Assembly (NCBI GenBank): GCA_964202905.1
Contig: CAXNJO010000001.1
Coordinates: 896,001 to 960,000 of the forward strand
DNA: 64,000 nucleotides
Source of the DNA: Polyangiales bacterium
GTDB taxonomy: Bacteria > Myxococcota_A > Polyangia > Polyangiales > JADJQN01
Reading direction: 5' to 3'
Shown here: piece after piece, positions 35,196-51,422 of the stretch
How the letters are laid out: each line of letters begins with the position of its first letter
Numbering within the stretch: the stretch's first letter is position 1
Made by a program: the position numbers and the translations under genes
Notes under the pieces: generated by a model
Databases searched by the model: none
Told to the model about the DNA's origin: nothing
What the model saw: only the letters and a program-made list of their open reading frames with translations

Positions 35196-37283
35196 GTGAG
35201 CGGCGTGCGTCGACATGCGGGATTCGCGGCGTCCGTCGCCGTCTGTGCGCTCGTCGTCGGCCGCACGACGGATGTGCGCGCCGAGGGGCCGACGCTCGGT
35301 GCGCGCGCCGAGGCCCAAGGGCCCGCCGATCGGGCGCAGGCGGCGGACCCGACCGCGACGGTGAGCGTCGTCGAGGTCGACCCCGACGCGGGCGCGCAGG
35401 CCACGCTCGACGCGCTCGTGCTCGAGGTGCCGGGGGCGCGCGCGCGGCGCACGGGGGCGTACGGCGCCCCGTCGCTGCTCTCGATCCGCGGGGCCGAGCC
35501 GCGCCACAACGTCGTGCTGCTCGGCGATGTGCCGCTCGACGGCGTCGACGACGGGGGGCTCGATCTCTCGACGATTCCGGCCGCGCAGCTCGAGCGCGTC
35601 GAGGTGTGGCGCGGCGGCGCGCCCGCCTGGTGGAGCGCCGGCGCCGTCGGCGGCGTGGTGCGGCTCGTGCCGCGCGAGCCCCGCGCGACCGGCGTCGCCG
35701 CGAGCGCCACCGTCGGGTCGTTCGGGCTCTTTGGTGCGCAGGTTTCGGGCACCGCGGCCCCGCACGGGGCGCGCGGCGTGCGTGCGACGGCGGTCGCGGG
35801 CGTGACCGAGAGCGAGGGCGATTTCCCCTACCTCGACGATCGCGGCACGCGGCTCGATCCGCGCGACGACGTCGAGCGCCGCCGCACGAACGGCCGCCTC
35901 ACGCAGAGCTTCGGCCTGCTGCGGCTGCGCGCGCCCGCGCTCGGCGGTGCGCTCGATCTCGTCGCGGTCGGGCTCGGTCGTGCGGGCGGCGTGCCCGGCC
36001 ATGCGCTGCGGCCGACGACCGCGACGCGACGCACGCTCGCGCGCGCCCTCGTCGCCGCGTCGTGGACGCGTGCGTCGCGCGGCGCGGACGGCGTGCGCAC
36101 GGGGCGCGTGCAGCTCGCGCTCGCGGCCTCGCACGAGCGCGCGCGCTTCACCGATCGCGAGGCGCAGACGGGCCTCCTGCCGCGCGCGACGGACGACCGG
36201 CTCACGCGCGCGTCGCTCCGCGTCGCGGGCGAGCGGCGCCTGCGCGACTGGCTCGCGCTCACGGGCGTCGCGACCTACCGCCTCGAGGCGCTCGACCCCG
36301 CGGACGCGCTCGCCCGTGCGCCGAACCAGCCCTCCGTGCGGCACACCGGCGCGCTCGCGCTCGAGGCGCCGCTGCGCTTCCTGCCCGCCAAGGCGGCCTT
36401 GACCGTGCGGCCCTCTGTGCGCGTCGAGATCGCGCGCGCGTCGCTCGCGTCGATCCGCGCGGAGGACGCGCCCGAGCCGGTCACGCGCGATTTCCTCGTG
36501 CCCACGGCGCGGCTCGGCGCGGAGCTCGCGCCCGCGCGCTGGCTCTCTCTGAGCGCGGCCGCCTCCCTCGGCGCGCGTCTCCCGACGATGGTCGAGCTCT
36601 TCGGCGATCGCGGCTGGCTCGCGAGCGCGGTGACGCTGCGTCCGGAGCGCGGCCTCGGCGCCGAGCTCGGCGTGCGGGCGCGCCTCGCGCAGGGGCCGCT
36701 GCGCGTGCGGGGCGAGGTGCACGCCTTCTGGCGAGAAGACCGCGACTTCATCCGCTACACGCGCACCTCGCAGTTCCAGGCCGTCGCGCAGAACATCGAC
36801 GCGGCCCGCACGCGCGGCCTCGAGTTCGCGCTCGACGCGCGCCTCGCGAGACACATCACGGTTGTATCTGCCATCACGTTGCAGGAGTCTCTCGACCTCA
36901 CGCTCGACCGCGCGCTGCCGCTCCGCCCCGCGGTGCAGCTCTACGCGCGCGCCTCGGGGCGCGTGCCGCCCTTCGGTCCGCTCGCGTCGATCGAGCCGTG
37001 GGTCGACGTCGCGCACGTCGGCGCGGTCGCCGCCGATCCGGCGAACCTCGCGCAGATCCCCGCGCGCACCGTCTTCGGCTGCGGCCTCGCGATCGCCTCG
37101 CGCACGCGCGACGCGGTGCTCGCCGTGTCGGTCGCGGACCTCGCGGACGCGCGCGGGCAGGATCTGCTCGGGTTTCCGCTCCCCGGGCGGACGTTCTCGC
37201 TCACGCTGACGCTGCGCGGCGGCGAACTGGACGCGCGCGCGGCGAGGGCTTCCCGGTGCGCGCGCCGGGGCGGGCGCGGTTGA
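35196..37283 (+). CDS. TonB-dependent receptor, probably BtuB-like
   Basis: Plug motifs LSIRGA, DLSTIPAAQLERVEVWRG, AVGGVV; RLPTMVELFG, LRPERG, FPLPGRTF; adjacent to a B12 riboswitch. Confidence 0.88.
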   Translation: MSGVRRHAGFAASVAVCALVVGRTTDVRAEGPTLGARAEAQGPADRAQAADPTATVSVVEVDPDAGAQATLDALVLEVPGARARRTGAYGAPSLLSIRGAEPRHNVVLLGDVPLDGVDDGGLDLSTIPAAQLERVEVWRGGAPAWWSAGAVGGVVRLVPREPRATGVAASATVGSFGLFGAQVSGTAAPHGARGVRATAVAGVTESEGDFPYLDDRGTRLDPRDDVERRRTNGRLTQSFGLLRLRAPALGGALDLVAVGLGRAGGVPGHALRPTTATRRTLARALVAASWTRASRGADGVRTGRVQLALAASHERARFTDREAQTGLLPRATDDRLTRASLRVAGERRLRDWLALTGVATYRLEALDPADALARAPNQPSVRHTGALALEAPLRFLPAKAALTVRPSVRVEIARASLASIRAEDAPEPVTRDFLVPTARLGAELAPARWLSLSAAASLGARLPTMVELFGDRGWLASAVTLRPERGLGAELGVRARLAQGPLRVRGEVHAFWREDRDFIRYTRTSQFQAVAQNIDAARTRGLEFALDARLARHITVVSAITLQESLDLTLDRALPLRPAVQLYARASGRVPPFGPLASIEPWVDVAHVGAVAADPANLAQIPARTVFGCGLAIASRTRDAVLAVSVADLADARGQDLLGFPLPGRTFSLTLTLRGGELDARAARASRCARRGGRG

Positions 37284-37308
37284 CACCGCCGCGTGGCTCC
37301 TCTAAGCG
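37280..37308 (+). promoter_or_regulatory. Putative sigma70 promoter for the riboswitch transcript
   Basis: TTGACA (37280-37285), 17 nt, TAAGCG. Confidence 0.45.
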
Positions 37309-37358
37309 TCGTCGGCCACAGGAGAAGCGCGACCACACACCACCGAAGTCACACCACG

Positions 37359-37549
37359 AACGTGCGGTCACCCCATGGGTGCGAAGAGGGAAGTCGGTGA
37401 TCCGGTCGAGGCCGGAGAGTCCGACGCGGCCCCCGCCACTGTGACCGGGGACTCGCGCGCGACATCGCCACTGGCCGAGCGGACACACCGCCGGGCCGGG
37501 AAGGCTGCGCGCGGGGACGATCCGAGAGCCAGGAGACCTGCCGCACGTT
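37359..37549 (+). ncRNA. Cobalamin riboswitch
   Basis: P1 pairing AACGTGCGG / CCGCACGTT; AAGAGGGAAGTCGGTG, CCCCCGCCACTGTGA, GCCACTG...GGGAAGG, B12 box GAGCCAGGAGACCTGCC. Confidence 0.95.
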
Positions 37550-37631
37550 TCGACACGCGTCCGCGCCGCCGCCCCGAGGCGCCGCGCCGCGTGAGCCCGG
37601 GCGCTGCGGGGAGCGGCGCCACGAGGTCACC

Positions 37632-38321
37632 ATGTCGCCGCGCCGCAGTTCGTTCATGTCGCCTCGTTCGCTCGCTTGTTTGCCGGTTTTTGGTCTGTTT
37701 GTCGGCCTCTTCGCGGCCTGCACGGGCGAAGGCGCGGACCCGACGCTCACACCGGGCGCGCCGTACGCGGTCGCGATCGTCGCGCACGAGCCGGGGCCGG
37801 GCGCAGGCTTCGGCACCGACCGCCTGCCCGACGTCGTGCTCGGGCCGCCGCGCGGCGCGGGGCTCGCCTCCGGCTCGACGGATGTGCTCTCGCTCGGCAC
37901 GGGCGGGGCGATCACCGTCGAGCTCGGCGTCGACGCGGTCGACGGCCCCGGCGCGGACCTCGTCGTCTTCGAGAATGCCTTCCACATCGGGGGTTCGGCG
38001 GCGAACGTGTACGTCGAGCCCGCGCGCGTGGAGGTCAGCGCGGACGGTGTGCGCTGGACGGCCTTCCCGTGCGCGGCGGACGCGGCCCCTCACCGCGGCT
38101 GCGCGGGGCTCTCGCCCGTGCTCGCGAACGTCGACACGAACGACCTCGATCCGCGCGATCCAGGCGCGGCGGGCGGAGACGCCTTCGACCTCGCGGCGGT
38201 GGGCGTCGCGCGCGCGCGCTTCGTGCGGATCACCGACGCGGGCGGCGGCCGGATGGACGGCGCGGGCACCGATGGCTTCGACCTCGACGCGGTCGCCGTC
38301 GTCCACGCCGGGGGCGGGTGA
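37632..38321 (+). CDS. Riboswitch-controlled cell-surface lipoprotein, BtuH-like domain suspected
   Basis: GLFAAC lipobox; VLSLGTGG, DLVVFENAF, EPARVEVS, GGDAFDL, FVRITD, GFDLDAV. Confidence 0.8.
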   Translation: MSPRRSSFMSPRSLACLPVFGLFVGLFAACTGEGADPTLTPGAPYAVAIVAHEPGPGAGFGTDRLPDVVLGPPRGAGLASGSTDVLSLGTGGAITVELGVDAVDGPGADLVVFENAFHIGGSAANVYVEPARVEVSADGVRWTAFPCAADAAPHRGCAGLSPVLANVDTNDLDPRDPGAAGGDAFDLAAVGVARARFVRITDAGGGRMDGAGTDGFDLDAVAVVHAGGG

Positions 38322-39658
38322 GGCGTCCGATCGCCCTGTTTTGCGAGGTTTTGCGGGTGTCGGCGGTGGGCGCGTCCGTGGCCGCCGCGCGCGCGACGCT
38401 CATGTCGGTGCTCCTCGCGCTCGCCGGCTGCGGTGCACCCACGGGCTCGGCGTGCGCGCCGGCCCGCCTCGCGACCGTCACGCAAACACCCTCGTATGCG
38501 GTGGTCACGAGCGATTACAGCGCGACGGCGGTCGCGCTGCTCGACGCCGACGGCGCGCTGCTCGAGGAGGCGTGGATCGACTCGGGCACCGCGGAGGTGG
38601 GCCTCGCCGCGACGCTCAACGGGGACGTCGTGCTCCCGAGCGCCTCGCTCCGCGACGGCGCGCTCACGCTGCTCGATCGCTTCGCGACGGATGTGCTCAC
38701 GCGCGTCCCGCTCGCGCCGCCGCTCGTGCCCGTCCAGGCCGAGGTGCGCGCGTCCGCGGCCTCGCGCGGCTGGTCGCCGAACCCGCACGACGTCGCCGCC
38801 CACGCGCCCGGGCGGCTCGTGCTCACGCGCTTCGAGCGCAACCCCGCGCCCGACGCGCCGCCGCTCGATCGCGGGGACGACGTGGTGGTGCTCGACCTCG
38901 CGGCCCGCGCGGTGGTCGCGCGCGTCGATCTCTCGGCGCTCGGCGCGCTCGCGGAGGGAGAGCCCGTCGCCGCGCGCCCCGACGGACTTGCGCGCGCAGG
39001 CGCCTTCCACGTCGCGGGCCTGGCGCGGCTCTCGGCCGACTTCATGCGCGCGGGGCCCGGCGCTGTGGCGGTCGTCGACGTCGACGCGGGCACGGCGTAT
39101 GCGGTGCCGCTCGAGGGCTTCGCGTACTGCGGCGAGGTGCGCGCGCTCGATGCGCCGCTCGCGGAGCCGCCCGCTGTCGCGGGCGACGTCGACGTCGTCG
39201 CGCTCTGTCAGGGGGCGACGTTCGTCGACGAGGCCGCCCGGCGTGCGGGTGCGGGGATCGCGGTCGTGCGCGTGGGAGCGGCCGGCGGCGCGCGCGTGGT
39301 CCGCACCTGGCGCGCGGCCGATCACACGGAGGTCGGCAGCCCCACGAACCTCGTCGCCGTGCTCGACGCGGGGCGCGTCGTCTACGCGGCGCGCGGCGAG
39401 GGGGCTTCGGCCAACACCGATCGCCTCGTCGCCGTGGCGCTTTCGAGCGGCGAGGCGCGCACCGTCTACGTGTCGCCGCTCCGCTTCGCGCTGCAGGGCG
39501 GCGCCTACGACGCTGCGCGTGGCCTGCTGCTCGTGCCGGAGGGCACGCTCGGCGTGCGTCGCTTCGACGTCGGCGCGGCGCTCGACGTCACGCCCCGCGA
39601 CACCGTCGACGTGTCGCCGTGCCGAGGATTGCCGGCGCGCCAGGTCGGCGCGCTTTGA
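38318..39658 (+). CDS. Beta-propeller lipoprotein, probable B12-uptake accessory
   Basis: GTGA overlap; LLALAGC lipobox; VVTSDY, NPHDVA, ARPDGL strands; start may be ATG 38402. Confidence 0.75.
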   Translation: MRRPIALFCEVLRVSAVGASVAAARATLMSVLLALAGCGAPTGSACAPARLATVTQTPSYAVVTSDYSATAVALLDADGALLEEAWIDSGTAEVGLAATLNGDVVLPSASLRDGALTLLDRFATDVLTRVPLAPPLVPVQAEVRASAASRGWSPNPHDVAAHAPGRLVLTRFERNPAPDAPPLDRGDDVVVLDLAARAVVARVDLSALGALAEGEPVAARPDGLARAGAFHVAGLARLSADFMRAGPGAVAVVDVDAGTAYAVPLEGFAYCGEVRALDAPLAEPPAVAGDVDVVALCQGATFVDEAARRAGAGIAVVRVGAAGGARVVRTWRAADHTEVGSPTNLVAVLDAGRVVYAARGEGASANTDRLVAVALSSGEARTVYVSPLRFALQGGAYDAARGLLLVPEGTLGVRRFDVGAALDVTPRDTVDVSPCRGLPARQVGAL

Positions 39659-39747
39659 TGCGATGGGGATGCAGTTGTATCTCTGCTGTGTCTTCGTCGT
39701 TCGCGGCGGCGACGCGCGATGCAGCGGCGTGAGTCACGCGCCGCGCG

Positions 39748-42700
39748 TCACCAGATGACGCGCAGCATGTAGGTGGTGCCGAGCGTCTCGCCGACGACCA
39801 CGCGGTTGCCGGGGAGTACGGCGACGCCACGTGGCGCCTGGAGCAGCGCGGCTGTCGCCGGGCCGAAGTCGCCGGTCGACATCGTGGTCATGCCGGTCAT
39901 GCCCGCGAGGGTGCTGGTCATGCCGGAGGATGTGCGGCGGCGCAGACGCCCGTCGCTCGTCGTGTAGTAGAGGTTGTTGGCGGCATCGAGGGCGATCGTG
40001 GCGGGTGACGAGAGCGTGTCGCGTGAGAGCACCTCGTACTCGCCTGCGGTCGTACGCCGCAAAAGGACGTCCGTCGGCTCGGCGCCGATGCTGCCGCCGC
40101 AGGCCTGAGCCTCGAAGTAGAGGCTGCCGGCTCCGTCCCGCGCGAGCCCATGGGAGTTTGAGCTATCGTACCTTGAGAGCTGGTTCACCTCGACGGAGGC
40201 TCCACAGGTGGCGGAGAAGTTGGAGGTGGCGAGCGTGGTGACGTCCCCGGCAGGTGTGGCCTGGAGGATCTCGGTGACGCCGGTCGAGGAATTTCCTGCA
40301 ACGGCGAAGACCGTCTCGTCTGCCGCGACGACGAGGTCGTAGACGTCGTAGGACTGCGCGTCGAGCGCGGCGAGGGCCAGGCTGATGCCGATGGTGCCGG
40401 CCCTGAGATCGACGAAGTAAGCCTTGCCAGACCCTCCACCGTTGCCGGCGACGTAGAGCCGAAGCCGACCGGCGGCCTCGTCGAGGAAGAGCCCGTACGC
40501 GCCGCCCTGAATGGCGAAGGCGTCGGCGCCGTCGGTGGGGACCTCGCTGCCGCCGCCCGCGATCCGACGCATGGCGCCCTCGGGCGAAACGGCGAGGATT
40601 TCCGGGAAGGCGTTGGCGATGTAGATCGTGCCGTCGAGGCCCGCGGCGAGGTCCTGCACGCCCGGCGGGTCGGAGAACGGCGCGGCGACGATGGCTGGCT
40701 CGCCGTCTATCACCGGCGCTCCCGTCGTGCTCCGTAGCGCGTTGACGATGGGGAGGATGACGCCGGCTGCGGGTTCGGTGGCCGTGACCTCGAACGTCAG
40801 GGGGCTACCGGTGACGTGCACGCCGTGCAGATCGGTGAAGGAGGCGGTGACGTCGTAGCGGCCGGCGATGCGGCCTGAACGCATGACCGCGGAGGTCGAG
40901 CCGGTGGGCCCCGTGACGGGCGTCGCGTTCGTGAGTGCGCCGGTGCCGCTCGCGACGAAGGCGTAGTCGAGGGTGCGGCGGCCGAGACCGGTGCTCGCGC
41001 CGTCCGTGAGCCGCGCGGCGAGCAGGGCGGACTGGCGACCGAGTACGACGCTCTGCATGCTGCCCGACGTCAGGGAGAGCGCGGCGTTGCCGCCGCTCGC
41101 GCGCGCGGCGTCGCGGATCATCCGGATTGTGCCCGAGAACGCGTCGCCGACGAACGCGTCGCCGACGAGCGCGTGGCCATCGGCGAGCATTGTGATCGGC
41201 CCCGGGGAGCTGAGCGTCGCCGCGGTCGCGGCGCCGTAGTCGCCCGCGGTCCCGTCGCTGCCCGTCCCCGCGACGAGCTGCAGCGCGAGCGTGCGGCTCT
41301 CGATGCGAAACACGCGCTTTGCGTCGTCGTCGGTGAAGTAGAGGTTGCCCGCGGGGTCGAAGGCGAGCCCCCTCACGCTGCTCGAGCCGGCCGCCGTGGA
41401 GACCGTGCCCGCCGTCACGCCGCCGCCTGATTGGCCGAAGACGTGGGAGAAGCTGCCATCGGCCTCGCGGCGACCGATGGCGGGGGCGGTGGCGTCGTCC
41501 GCACCGAGGCGCGTACTCCGGAAGTTTGCGTAAACGAAGAGGCGCCCCGCGTCGTCGAGCACCATCGGGATCCCGTTGCCGCCCCTGCTGATCAGGCAGA
41601 GCGCGGAGGGGTTCGGACGCGTGGCCGGGCAGGGCGAAAAGGCTGCGAACGTCTCGATCACGTTCGCCGCCGTGTCGATGCGGCGCAGGCCGAGGGATTC
41701 GTCGTCGACGAGGAGCGCGCCGTCGGGCATCAGCACGATGTGCTGCGGCGCGTTGAGCTGCGCGTCGGTGGGCGAGCCACCTTCCCCGTAGCCGGGGGCG
41801 CCCGCGCTGCCGCCGCCGGCGACCGAGTTGATGGCCCCCGTCGCGAGGTCCACGGTGCGAACGCGGTTGTTCCAACTGTCTACGATGTAGAGGAGTCGGT
41901 TCGCTTCGTCGAGCGCGAGCCCGACCGCGCAGGAGAGGTCGGCCGCAGTCGCGGGGCCGCCATCACCGAGCGCGCTGCCCGAGCCGCCGCCCGCGATGGG
42001 CGAGAGGGCGCCGGCGGGCGAGAGCGCCCAGACGCCGACGTTGCCGGAGGTCGAAGCCGCACGCACCGATGTACACCGTGCCGTCGCTGCTCCGCGCGAA
42101 GGCGCGCACGGGCCCTGATGTCGCGGGTCGTCGCGGCGCCACCCGCCTCGTCATAGCTGCCTGCGGCGTCCGCGTTCACGACGGGGAGAATGTTCGCCAT
42201 TCCTGCCGCCGTCGCGGTGAAGTCGAGCGTGACAGGCGCCGTGTTCGTGCTGCGCAGCGTCACCGAGAAGGGCCCGGTGGTGAGCGGCGCGCGGATCGTC
42301 AGGGTCGCCCCACCGCTCGCGTCCGTGGCGAGGGTGTCCGCCACGCCGACGCCGGGACCGGCGCTCGTCGTGAGCATGCGGCTCTCGGCGGGCATGCCGT
42401 CGGCGAGGCGGACGACGCGCACGACGACGGGCAGCGGCAGCGCGCGCGTGATGGTCGCCGCCTGCATGTTTCCCCGCGACCACGTCGATGCGGAAGTTGA
42501 TCATGCAGTCGTCGACGCTGCGGCAGTCGCCGTCGTCGCAGTCGGCGAGTCCGTCGCAGTCGTCATCCGTGCCGTTCGTACAGATCTCCGCGAAAGTCCG
42601 GAGTCCGCGCGGAGTCCGTGTCGTTGCAGTCGCCGGGGCGCTCGACGTAGCGCGGCGCGGGTCCGGCCGGCGCCGAGCACGAGAGCACCGGCGTGCCCGC

Positions 42701-44159
42701 GCCCCAGCTGTCGAAGTCGTTGTCGGCGTACCAGATCGTGTCGGCCGTCTCCTCGTCGATGGCGCCGTCGCAGTCGTCGTCGACGCCGATCATCCCGCCG
42801 CAGCCGTCGTTCGCGCCGGGGCGGAGGTCGCGGTTCGCGTCGTTGCAGTCGCCCGCGCGGGGCATGCGCCCGGGCTGCGGCTCGCACGACATGATCGGCA
42901 GGATCAGGTCGCTGCCGAAGCCGTCGCCGTCGGCGTCGCGATACCAGAGCTGCTCGGTCGTCATCGTGTCCGGGACGCCGTTGCAGTCGTTGTCGAGCCC
43001 GTCGCAGAGCTCGGGCGCCATCGGGTAGATGCTTGCGTTCGTGTCGACGCAATCGGCGTTCGCGACGGGGCACGCCATGTCGGCGAAGCCGTCGCCGTCG
43101 TCGTCCTCGGTGTTGCTGGCGGCGATCGCGAAGTCGGCGACGGCCGTTGCAGTCGTCGTCGCGGCCGTTGCAGCGCTCGGCCGCCACGGGGCTCACCGCG
43201 ACGGCCGCGTCGTCGCAGTCGGTCGCGAGCAGCGAATGGCCGCTGACCGGCGCGCAGGAGACGGTGGTGCCCGAAGCGAGGCTGCCGAAGCCGTCGCCGT
43301 CCGTGTCGCGGTACCAGGTCACGGCGCGTGCGAGCTCGTCGATGCTGCCGTCGCAGTCGTTGTCGAGGTTGTCGCAGATCTCGACCTGCCCCGGGTTCAC
43401 GGTGCGGTCGGCGTCGTTGCAGTCCTCGCCCACGGTCGCGAAGCGGGGCGCCCCGGGGCACGCCATTGTCGCGCGCGCGGCGTCGCCGTAGCGGTCGCCG
43501 TCGGCGTCCGTGAAGCCCGCGACGAGCAGGCCCTCGTCGGTGCTGCCGTCGCAGTCGTTGTCGAGGCCGTCGCAGGCCTCGAGCGCGTCGGGCCGCACGG
43601 AGAACAGGGCGTCGTTGCAGTCGGTGCCGCACGTCGTGCCGTTGCAGCACGCCGCGTCGAAGGCGTCGTCGCCGTCGCCGTCGCGCTCGCCGAAGGTCGC
43701 GGGGTTGCAGTCCTCGTCGACGCCGTCGACGTCGCAGACCTCGGTGGCGCCGGGGAAGCGCGCCGCGTTCGCGTCGTCGCAGTCGTCGCCGCCGCACGCG
43801 ACGGCCGCGGCGCCGTCGCCGTCGGCGTCGCGCGCGACCGCGCACTCCGTGATGCAGGTGTCGGCCGCTTCGTCGCAGGTCTGCGTGGGCATGCAGGCCT
43901 GCGCGCGCGCCGCGACGCAGCCGCGCGCGTCGGCGCCCGTTGTGCCCGGGTCGCAGCGCTCGGCGCCGTTGCAGAAGACGCCGTCGTCGCACTGTGTTGC
44001 GGCACTGCAGACGTCGCCGAGATCGGGGCCCCCGAGATCGACGCCCGCGTCGGGCGCCGGCGGCGTGTCGTCGTCGTCGCCGCACGCGGTGAGCGCAAAC
44101 GTGGCGAGGAGCGCGAGGCACACGGAGAGCGAGCGGAGCGAACGAGGGAAGCGGGTCAC
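39748..44159 (-). CDS. Large lipoprotein copy B: Cys/Asp (MopE-like) repeats + Ig-like + NHL propeller domains; several frameshifts
   Basis: GTG 44159 with GGAG RBS; FALTACGDDDD; E(V/I)CDGxDNDCDG and DADGDGFG repeats; NHL-type VAGTG...GDYGAATAA; spread over ORFs 42501..44291, 42563..43078, 41880..42467, 39748..42066. Confidence 0.85.
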
Positions 44160-44257
44160 GTGAAACTCCGATTTCCGGCGGGAATGCGACAACCGCGCGA
44201 CCCCCGCGTCGCGAATGAGGCCGCGAGTGTCCGCAGGCGCCTCTCTCAAGTCAACGC
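42513..44257. repeat. Near-identical direct repeat, copy B (matches about 47139-49083)
   Basis: Long identical stretches on direct reading (e.g. 42601-43140 vs 47224-47765); includes 5' leader and -35. Confidence 0.92.
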
Positions 44258-44406
44258 TCGGGGCGAGCGGCGCAGGGTCGAATGGTTGCAACAGGATGGC
44301 ATCGGCATTCCTGCCGCCCCGCAGACGCGCCTTGAATGACTGCGACTTACGCAGCGCGCGTCATTCGACGACACGCCGCGCGAGAATGGGATTCACGCGC
44401 GGTAAG

Positions 44407-49083
<4,677 letters not shown>

Positions 49084-49150
49084 CCGGTTTTTGGGATCAA
49101 ATGTCAGTTGCATCTTCTTTGCGATATGGTCCTAGCGCGTGTTCACCGCG

Positions 49151-50634
49151 TCAGGGCGGCAGCAGGCGAAGCCGCGCCGCGTCGGGCGTGATCTCGACGC
49201 GCGCGGCGATGCGCGACGCGCCTCCGCTCGCGTCTTCGATTCCGTCGACGAAGTGCAGCGTCGCGGTGGCGCGCGCGTCGTCGAGCGTGAGCGTCCAGAA
49301 GCCGCGGGACTCGGCGTCGACGAAGCGCGTGTGTGGGCTCGCCGTGCGGATCGCCGCTTCGAGCGCGCGGGCCTCGGCGCCGACGAGGTTGGGCGAGCTG
49401 ATCGCGGGCGTCATCAGCTCGACGACGATCGCGCCTTCGGACGTCGTCGGATCGTATCCGCGCCACGGATCGAGCGGCACCTCGTCGGCGAAGCTCTTGT
49501 GCCCGTCGCCGCAGACGACGATCACGCCGGTCACGCCCGCGTCGCGGATCGCCTCGAGCACGACGCGGCGTTCATCCGCGTAGCCGTCCCACGCGTCGAG
49601 GTTCCAGAACTCCGCGTGCGGCGAGAGCTGCACCGAGTGCGCGACGACCTTCCACGTCGCGCGCGAGTCGCGCAGGTCCGCGAGGAAGCGCTCGCGTTGC
49701 GCAGCGCCGAGGATCGAGCGTCCCGGCGCACGCGCTTCTTCGGGCGTCTCGGGCGGCGCATCGCGGCCTTCGAGGCGCGTGTCGAGCACGAAGAGATCGG
49801 CCGTCGTGCCGAAGGCGATGCGCCGATACAGCGAGCCCTCGCTGCGCGTCGGCAGCCACTCGGCGTGCGCGATGCGCGCGGCCACGCACGCGCTCCGCTC
49901 CACGGACCCTCGGTGCGCGGGTCGTGCTCGATCGCGCCGCCACGCCACGCGTTGTTGGCGAGTTCGTGATCGTCCCACGTGACGACGAAGGGATGGCGCG
50001 CGTGCAGCGCGGCGAGGTCCGCGTCGGCGCGGTAATGCGCGTAGCGGCGGCGGTAGTCCGTGAGCGTGAGCACCTCGTGCGGCGGGTCGTAGTCGCGGCG
50101 CGCGCCGTATACGCCATTGGCGTACTCGTAGACGTAGTCGCCGAGGTGCACGACGGCGTCGACGTCCTCCTCCGCGAGGCGCGCGTAGGCGTGGAAGAAA
50201 CCGTGCGCGTAGCTCGCACACGACGCGAACGCGAGGCGCACCGGGCCCGACGCGGGCGTCGTGCGCGTGCGCCCCGTGCGCGAGCGCTCCCCGCGCGCCT
50301 CGAACGCGTAGAAGACCGTGGTGCCCGGCGCGAGCCCTACGAGCTCGAGCGTCACGACGTGCCCTTCGGCTGCGCGCGCGGTGAGGGGCGCTTCAACGAT
50401 GACGTCGCTCAGCCCGGCATCCCGCGCCGCGATCAGCGTGACCGGCACATCGCCTTCGACGCCGGAGAGATGCGTCGAGAGCAGCACGCGATCGGGCCCG
50501 GGATCGAAGCTCGCGACGCCATGGCGGAAGAGCGGACCCTCCGGCGCATCGCCCGCGTCCGCCTCGCAGCCGACGAGCAGCGCACCGCTGCCGACGAGCC
50601 CCGCCTGCAACACCGCGCGTCGCCCGATCCGCAT
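49151..50634 (-). CDS. phoD: Alkaline phosphatase D family protein, Tat-exported lipoprotein; frameshift near 49900
   Basis: GRRAVL Tat motif and LLVGC; FRHGVASFDP, HLGDYVYEY, WDDHE, LDTR, DAWDGY, GDGH. Confidence 0.92.
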
Positions 50635-50708
50635 CGTCCCGACGATAGCAGCGCGTGCAGCGAGGAATTCGGGCGATGGGGCAGTCTTGCGGATATCCTC
50701 GACCCCGG

Positions 50709-51422
50709 ATGCGCTTTGCGTTCATCGCCTTGTGCCTGCTGCTCTGGCCCGCGCTCGCGCGCGCCCACGGCATCGAGGCGGGCCGCGCCGAGGGGCAGCT
50801 GCGCGGCGCGACGCTCTTCCTCGTGCTCGCGGCCGACGCGTCGCAGTTCGCGGAATTCGACGCGAGCGGCGACGGCGTGCTCGATCGCGACGAGGTGCAG
50901 CGGGCGCGAGATGGCCTGCGCGCGCGTTTCGAGGCGTCGCTGCGCGTGCGCGATGCGCAGGGACGCGCGCCGACGCTCGGTTTCTTCGACGTCGGTGTGC
51001 CGACGCGCCTCGTCTCGGGCGCGATCCCGCACGTGCGTTTCACCGTCGATCTCACGTGGTCGAGCCCGCCTGCGTCGATCGCCGTGACGCATGCGTTCAC
51101 CGACCCGCTGCTCTGGCTCGAAGTCGTGCGCGTCGCGTCCGCGGGGCCGGGCCAGTGGAACGCGCTCGGGCCCGCCGAGTCGGTGCGCCTCGCGCGCGGC
51201 GCGACGGCGCCGCCGCTGCTCGCCGCGTCGGCGCCCGCGCACGTGGCCGATCGCGCGGCGACGGAACGGCCTGCGGCGCCCGCGACGGCGGCGGCAGCCG
51301 TGGCATCCGCATCGCGTGCGTGGGGTGCACCCGTGGGCGCGTTCGTGCTCGTCGCTGCAGCCCTGTCGATCTTCGCGTGGGCCTTCGCCCGACGCCGTCA
51401 ACCCCGAGGAGTGTCCCGATGA
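50709..51422 (+). CDS. Secreted protein with His at the predicted mature N-terminus, EF-hand-like loop and C-terminal anchor
   Basis: ARA-HG cleavage site; DASGDGVLDRDE; hydrophobic tail followed by RRR. Confidence 0.7.
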   Translation: MRFAFIALCLLLWPALARAHGIEAGRAEGQLRGATLFLVLAADASQFAEFDASGDGVLDRDEVQRARDGLRARFEASLRVRDAQGRAPTLGFFDVGVPTRLVSGAIPHVRFTVDLTWSSPPASIAVTHAFTDPLLWLEVVRVASAGPGQWNALGPAESVRLARGATAPPLLAASAPAHVADRAATERPAAPATAAAAVASASRAWGAPVGAFVLVAAALSIFAWAFARRRQPRGVSR

